64,000 nucleotides of DNA from positions 1,426,001 through 1,490,000 of the forward strand of contig JBODTK010000001.1 in NCBI GenBank assembly GCA_050613775.1, written 5' to 3'. The notes under the pieces were generated by a model, which ran no database searches, was not told the origin of the DNA, and saw only the letters and a list, made by a program, of their open reading frames with translations. The stretch is from Neocallimastix sp. 'constans'. Its lineage: Eukaryota. The position numbers and the translations under genes are program-made. Below are positions 56,887 to 64,000 of this stretch, in pieces; within the stretch, counting starts at the first letter, position 1, and the number at the start of each line of letters is the position of its first letter.

Positions 56887-57382
56887 ATGCATCTTATGTA
56901 CACTTTAGGTAAAGACGGAAAGAGAGTTTATACTCTTAAGAAGAAAACTGCCGATGGTAAAATTACTAAGTCTGCTCATCCAGGTAAACTTAAAATAAAA
57001 CAAAAAAAAATTGAAAAGACTAAAAATATTTGAAATTTTACATAACAAATAAATAGAACTATATACATTTAAAATAATAAATTTATAAACTAATATGAAA
57101 TTTTTTATTTTCTTTTTTATTTTAATTTTTCTTTGTTTTTGTATTTAATTAATATTTATATAATAAATATATATATAATTTTGTTATACTATTTATTTTT
57201 AATAATTATATAATAAAAAAATTATAAAAATAAAATATTTTTTATATATATATCTAATCATGTTAACTTTTGAATAATGAATAGCTCGTTTCTCACCAGA
57301 TGATAAATTCTCACGTCACCGTGTTACTTTAAAGAAGCGTTTTGGTATTCTTCTTACTCAAACTCCACAAAGAGAATGTTAG
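56887..57382 (+). CDS. NOP10: H/ACA snoRNP protein Nop10 (64 aa, 2 exons; absent from the ORF track)
   Basis: Exons 56887-56983 and 57285-57382: [64 protein letters not shown]. Confidence 0.97.
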
Positions 57383-57784
57383 ATTGAAAATAATCATTTG
57401 GAAAAAAGAAAAAAAAAAATTTACTTTTTTTTTTATTTTAAAGGAATTCACATATAACACTATTAAGTAATTACAATAAATTTATTATCAGTAATTACAA
57501 ACGCAATAATTTTATTTATTTTTTTTTTTAAAAAAAAGTAGATATAAAATAAAACAAAAAAGAAAAGAAAAATAATATAATCATTTGAAAAATTATATTA
57601 AAATATTTTTGTTATTTTTTTTTTGATTATTTTAAACTCTTCTTTTATTAAAAAATATATTAATCTATATATATTTCATTTAAACATTATAATTAATTTA
57701 TTATTCACTTATAGATGATCTTTATTTAAATTGAAACACACAAAATTTTATTTAATATGTTTTTATAAAAATAATAATAAAATA

Positions 57785-57827
<43 letters not shown>

Positions 57828-58186
57828 ATACCAATATTATGGAGCTATTATAAAAAAAAATATGAACAATTCTATTTTTACTTTTTCATTAAAATAAAAA
57901 TATTATATTTTAAGTATTACTATTTATGTAATATATAAATATTTAATTTTTATAATGATTTAATATAATAGAAATTATTTATAATAAAAATACCCTTTAA
58001 TAATATATATATATATATATATATATTTTATAATTTTATTTTTGTTTATTTTAGTTTTATTTTATTTTTATTATTAAGACATATTAAAAAAAAAAAAATA
58101 ATAGTAATAAATAATACAAATTTATTTAATTTATAATATATTTTATTTTTATATTTTATGAATTTATGTTAATATTTTAAAATGTA

Positions 58187-58800
58187 GTGGATGTAGTAGT
58201 CATATATTTAACCATACGATCCTTTTATACTAGAATTGCTAAAGCTACAAAAATAATAGATCAAATGTGTCCTAATTTTTGTCCCTGTTGTAAAAATAAT
58301 AAACAATGGATAAGGCATTGGTTAATTGATTGTCCATTTTTCAATCATATTCGTAGTAAAGTTAATGATACAATTTTATTTTTATATAATGCTTTTAATC
58401 GTGGCAACCTAACAAATGATATTGTTAATAGTAATAATGATAATAGTAACAGTAATAATAGTAATAGCAATAATAGTAATAGTAATAATAGTAATAGTAT
58501 TATTAGTAATGTTAGTAATAGTATTGAAAATAATGCGTATGTTGATTCTAGTATGTGTGAAAAAGTGTTTAATTTCCTTCTTGGAAGAAGAAGTATTAAT
58601 AACAGTACAAGGGAATGGAAGGATCTATTTAAATGCCAGATGAAATCAGGTGCTTATTCTGATACTCCATTCTTGGTGGTTACAGCGGCTCTTCTTCAAT
58701 CGATTATACCTATTGCTATTGACAAGCACTACTACTATCAAGAGCGTCAATGCTGAAGAAACAGTAAGACAGGTCAGCAAGGGCTAGCGCAACCAATAAT
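58187..58800 (+). mobile_element. 5'-truncated non-LTR (LINE) retrotransposon fragment with C-terminal CCHC zinc knuckle
   Basis: CPCC-x8-H-x4-C (CPCCKNNKQWIRHWLIDC) followed by F-x-x-I-R and FLLG, typical of the end of LINE ORF2. GTG start, no RT domain upstream, internal Asn/Ser repeat expansion. Confidence 0.65.
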
Positions 58801-59093
58801 TTCGTATCTTAAAATTATGATTAACAATGTGAAGTCAAAATTAATTATTATACTTCAGTATAATAATGCCCTTTTGAAGTCTTACAGATATTAATTAAAT
58901 AAAACTAGAATATTTTATACCATTATTTTATTTTATTTTATTTTGTGTTTTTTTTTTTTTTTTTTTTTTTTTTATTTTTTTATCTTTTTTTTTTTCTTTT
59001 TATTACATGTATTTTTTTTCAAATATTTAATTTATAAAATATTTTATTATATTTTTTGCATTAATGAACTAAAAGTATTATAACATATAATTA

Positions 59094-59153
<60 letters not shown>

Positions 59154-59612
59154 TATAGAATAATATATTTTTAAATATCTATATTATAAATCTAATATTA
59201 ATTTTGATATTGATTATAAATTGTTTACTATTAAATTTTTAATATATATATTTTTTGATATGATATTTATTTTTTTGTTCTTTTTTTTCTTTTTTTTTTT
59301 TTTTTTTTTTTTTTGTTTTTTATTTTTGTTTTGTTTTATTTTATTTTATTTTATTTTATTTTATTTTATTTTATTTTGATTATTAATGGTTTTTTATTTT
59401 TATATTATTTAATTAAAAATATAATATATATATAACTTTAAAAATATTATAAATAGGTATAATAATTATTCTAATTATTTTAATGAAATATATGTTTATA
59501 CATAAATTAACTTTTTAATGAATGAATAAAAAAATATATATTATAATATCGTATAATATCAATATTAATATAACTTTTATTTATTACTTTCCAATAAAAA
59601 AATTAAATATAG

Positions 59613-59661
<49 letters not shown>

Positions 59662-59786
59662 TTTAATAATGGCTATTTGAATACTAATATAGCATATTCA
59701 AAATATATTTTTATAATGATTGAGTTTCATATTTCTTTCATTTTTTACATCATCGTCATTATTATTATATATATTTATTATCATTA

Positions 59787-60971
59787 TTATGACCAATATT
59801 TATATTTTTTAGTAATTAATACATATAACCCAATAAATAAATTAGTTAAGCAGTGAGTATTCACTGAAGCATTCCAACGTCCCTGTTTAACCATAGAGTA
59901 AGTACAAAGGTAACCATTAATCAATCCAGTAATCCATTCCTCACTCTTTTCATAGCAACGGATATAAAAGACATGAGTAATAACAATATTGGATAAAATA
60001 GCTGCGGTCCATCGCCAAGTACTAAATGAAACTAATTTATAATTAAATCCTCCAATGATAAAACGATAGAAAATATATCTAAATACTAATTCTTCCATGA
60101 CAGGGATAAGAACACAAGAGCAAATTAATCGACTAATATCAATAATGAATGCATTAACTTTACTATTAAAATGAAGAGCAGGATTCCAAACTAAATAAGC
60201 TTTTTTGTAAGATAAAGAAAGGGATGATTTTCTTGGAGGTAAATCATTGTTCATTTTGGTATTATAATCTTCTTCTATCACATCTTTTTTAGATGATTTG
60301 CAATATTTAAATTTTTTCTTAAAGCAACAACTTCTATTATTATAATCATTTTGGTTACGAAGATACCTATTAAGGGTATACATTTGTAGGTAAGGATTAT
60401 CCAACCAGGGATGGCCAAAGATAACTGAAACGACAAATCCAACTAAACTATTTTTCAATGAGAGTTTAGAAGGAATCCAAAAATTCAATGTAAAGATTTC
60501 TAAAAGTTCCGGTATTACACATTTAGTAATAATCACTACATTAATAAGAATTATAAAATATAAGCAAAATCTTGTATAGTATATATAATATTTAGAGGGT
60601 TGACTTAAATTGACATTTTTGAAAGATAAACAGTCTTTGTTTGATTTTAGTATTTTATAATTATGTTTATTTTCATTTTCTTTATCATTATTTATATCAA
60701 ATTTAAAATTATGACTATTTTTGAGGCTATCACTAGGAATAGATTCATTAGTATTTAAAGTATTCAATTTATCCTCTTCATTTACTTTTTCATTTTTTAT
60801 ATTTTCTTCCTTTTTAATATCGATATCATCATTTTTCTTTTTCTTTATTACCTTTTTATTATAATAATGATAATTTTTAATGTTTTCTAATACACTTCCT
60901 ATATATAATGATAAAGGTACAGAGGAAGCATATGGTATAAGTACTAATAATAAATTTATAAATTCAACCAT
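59787..60971 (-). CDS. Intronless CPBP/Abi (type II CAAX protease-like) membrane protein
   Basis: 394-aa ORF with several hydrophobic segments; CPBP motif 1 PVMEELVFR and final motif H-x3-N (THCLTN); aromatic C-terminus LYVLITKKYKYWS. Confidence 0.8.
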   Translation of the reverse strand: MVEFINLLLVLIPYASSVPLSLYIGSVLENIKNYHYYNKKVIKKKKNDDIDIKKEENIKNEKVNEEDKLNTLNTNESIPSDSLKNSHNFKFDINNDKENENKHNYKILKSNKDCLSFKNVNLSQPSKYYIYYTRFCLYFIILINVVIITKCVIPELLEIFTLNFWIPSKLSLKNSLVGFVVSVIFGHPWLDNPYLQMYTLNRYLRNQNDYNNRSCCFKKKFKYCKSSKKDVIEEDYNTKMNNDLPPRKSSLSLSYKKAYLVWNPALHFNSKVNAFIIDISRLICSCVLIPVMEELVFRYIFYRFIIGGFNYKLVSFSTWRWTAAILSNIVITHVFYIRCYEKSEEWITGLINGYLCTYSMVKQGRWNASVNTHCLTNLFIGLYVLITKKYKYWS

Positions 60972-61508
60972 TTCACTTTTTCTTATATATTTATATTTAT
61001 AATGATTGTAGTGCTATTAATTCTAATAATATATGTTGCTTTTATTAAAATTTAAATCAATAATATAACTTGGGTATGATATAATTTATTAAAACTAATA
61101 TTAATTATTATTATTATTTTATTTAATAATTCAATTTAATAAATAATTATAATTATTTTTAATTTTTCAAATAAAATTTTAACTATTATAAAAGAAAAAT
61201 CTTTTTTTAAAGAAAAAAAAAAAAAATACTGACTTTTAATCATAAATATTTGATATTTATTTAGTATGGTATATATGATTTTATCAACTTTTTTTAAATA
61301 ATTAATAAATGGTATTTTATTAATAAAAGATACTAAAAATATATATATTGTTTTACTGATTTTATCAGATTTATGAAAAGTTTATTATTATTATTATTAT
61401 TATTCTATATTTTAATTTGATAGCTCTCTATTACAAAATTTTATGTAATTTAAAATTTATTCATAAAATTTATCAAGCATATACACAATAATAGAGAATA
61501 ATTTATTC

Positions 61509-61547
<39 letters not shown>

Positions 61548-61788
61548 AAAAAAAAAAAAAAAAAAAATTGAATATGAAAATGAAAATGAAAACTTTTTAA
61601 TATTGATTTTTTTTTTTTTTTTTAATTAATTGTAATATAGCTCTATTAAATTTGGAATTTAAAATAATGTTGTTTATGAATATTTGAATATTTGAAAAAT
61701 GATTCTCATAAATATTGATAGTTTTGAATTATAAATTAAGACATTTCAAAAAATGTATATATATAAATGTTTACTTTTATTATTCTAT

Positions 61789-61914
61789 TGACACAAATGT
61801 ATATAAAAATCTATGAAATAGTGAAAGTTTTGACACAAATGTATATAAAAATCTATGAAATAGAGAAAGTTTTGACACAAATGTATATAAAAATCTATGA
61901 AATAGTGAAAGTTT
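61789..61914. repeat. 42-bp tandem repeat, 3 copies
   Basis: TGACACAAATGTATATAAAAATCTATGAAATAG(T/A)GAAAGTTT at 61789, 61831 and 61873. Confidence 0.95.
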
Positions 61915-62851
61915 AATTATGATAATTGATGCTTTATACTATAGTTAAATTTCTATTTTCTATTATTATTATTTTCTATTGTTATAAATATATAAAAAAC
62001 TATTAGAATAAACAATTTTTTAATTATTTTAAATGAAATTTTATATTACAATAAAATTGATAATTTTTTTGTTTTATTTCTTTTTCCTAAATTTATAATA
62101 TTATAAATATAATATATATAAATAAAAAAAATACAAATTCATAATTATTATTATTTTAATATTATAATTTTTTTTTTTTTATTATTTTTTTTTTAAATAA
62201 AATTCCAAAATTTTTTTATTTATAATTACATAATAATATATATTTAATTGTTATTATTAATATTATTATTTTTATCTAATTCTAAAATTTTTATTTTATA
62301 GTATAATTTATTAATGACTTTAATTATATAATATAATGAATATAAAATAAATATAATTTGAAATTTTTATAATATTTAAATATAATAAATATCATAATCA
62401 TATATATTATATATATTATATATTATATATATAATGATTATTTGGAATAATATTTATAATTATATTTACTACTATAACAAACTTTTTAAAAGTTTAAAAT
62501 TTTATAATTAATAATTAACAAAAATATTATTGTTAAATTATTAATTATAAAATTTTAACTATTATATTCAGTTATTCACATAATATAAATAAATATGTAT
62601 ATAAATATGTATTAATATATCATATAAAATATTACAATATATTATAAATTTAAAACTGTAATTATTATTAATATTAGTCTTTGAAATATATTGTCATCCA
62701 TATATTACAATAGTATTATATACTTGAAAATTTAAATATATAATATTTAAAATTTTAATGAAATAATAAATAAAAATAAAATATTATACTAACCTTTTTT
62801 AATAAAATTTTTTAATAAAATTTTTTAATAAAATTAATATTAATCTCGTAT

Positions 62852-62889
<38 letters not shown>

Positions 62890-63571
62890 GAAATAAAACT
62901 CGTATGATTTTTTTTTTATTTTATTGTAATTGAAATTAAAACTCGTATGACTATTTGAAAAAAAATTTTTTTTGAAAAATTTGACCTTTTTTCTATTTTA
63001 ATTAAAGGTATTAATACATATATTTTTACTTTATTATATCACTTTAAACTCCAATGAAAATAAAAATTATTTATATATAGTTTCCTTTATTATTTTAAAA
63101 ATTTAATAAATAGTTTCTTTTTATAAGTATTTTTATTATTTCAGAGCATTTTTTTTTTATGCTGAATTTATTTTTTTATATATAATTTCCTCTTTTCTTT
63201 CTCTTTTAATTAATTCGACTTATGTATTTATTTCAATATCCCTTATTTTTATTGCCAATGCTTTTTATATATTTAATTCTTATTAAAATTTATATTTTAA
63301 CAAATGAATAAAGATTTTTGAAAGTCAAAAGAAAAAAAAAAGAGATTTTTTCATCCTTATATAGTTGAAAAAAAAATATTAATAACATTATTTTTAATAT
63401 CTATATTTAATTATCATCATTAATTGTAAATTTTTAAATCCATTAAAGAGAAAAAATTTAAAAATCACAATACTATTAAATATCTTTAAAAAAATGGATG
63501 AAGAATCTTATTAAATAATAAAATTAAAAGTAATAAATATTTATGACTTTAATTTTTTTTAAAAAAAAAAT

Positions 63572-63915
63572 TAAATAATAAATAATAAATAATAAATAAT
63601 AAATAATAAACAATAAATAATAAATAATAAATAATAAATAATAAATAATAAATAATAAATAATAAATAATAATAAATAATAAATAATAAATAATAAATAA
63701 TAAATAATAAATAAATAAATGAGATTAAATAATAAATATAATAAATAAATAATGAATAATAAATCATAAATAATAAATAATGGAATAATAAATAATAAAT
63801 AATAAATATTAAATATTAAATATTAAATAATAAATAATAAATAATAAATAATAAATAATAAATAATAAATAATAAATAATAAATAATAAATAATAAATAA
63901 TTAAATAATAAATAA
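63572..63915. repeat. (AATAAAT)n heptamer satellite-like tract
   Basis: Repeated AATAAAT units with a few interruptions. Confidence 0.85.
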
Positions 63916-64000
63916 CAAAAAAAATAAAATTAAAAATTTAAGAATTAAAAAAAAAAAAAGAAAATTTTTCCTGCAATATTATATATTGCAATATATTCTA

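Overview
Extremely AT-rich eukaryotic DNA with GT-AG introns, long A/T homopolymers and (TAA)n/(TAAA)n microsatellites. Composition and gene content suggest an anaerobic gut fungus (Neocallimastigomycota); this is an inference. From about 11.8 kb onward the window is mostly housekeeping genes. Six were hand-spliced into open frames: RIX7/NVL AAA ATPase (12 exons), a CABLES-like cyclin-fold protein (10 exons), SKP1 (3 exons), a very large ATM/TEL1 (8 exons, ~3961 aa), PTPA/RRD2 (7 exons) and NOP10 (2 exons). Three more are single-exon: an ankyrin protein, a triple zinc-finger RING E3 and a CPBP/CAAX-protease-like membrane protein of bacterial type. This part also holds a decayed copia LTR element and a LINE 3' fragment. 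The first ~11 kb is an accessory zone. It contains Ty3/gypsy debris, a motif+poly(A) tandem array, two structured GC-rich poly(A)-tailed islands, a perfect 77-bp palindrome, a MITE-like element and a foldback-like region. Within it lies an intact, intronless 988-aa gene with a WYL-like N-terminus, SF1 (Upf1/DNA2-like) helicase and DUF2726-like nuclease domain. This looks bacterial and is the best candidate for a horizontally acquired, possibly defence-related system. All family calls come from motif recognition by eye; no searches were run.
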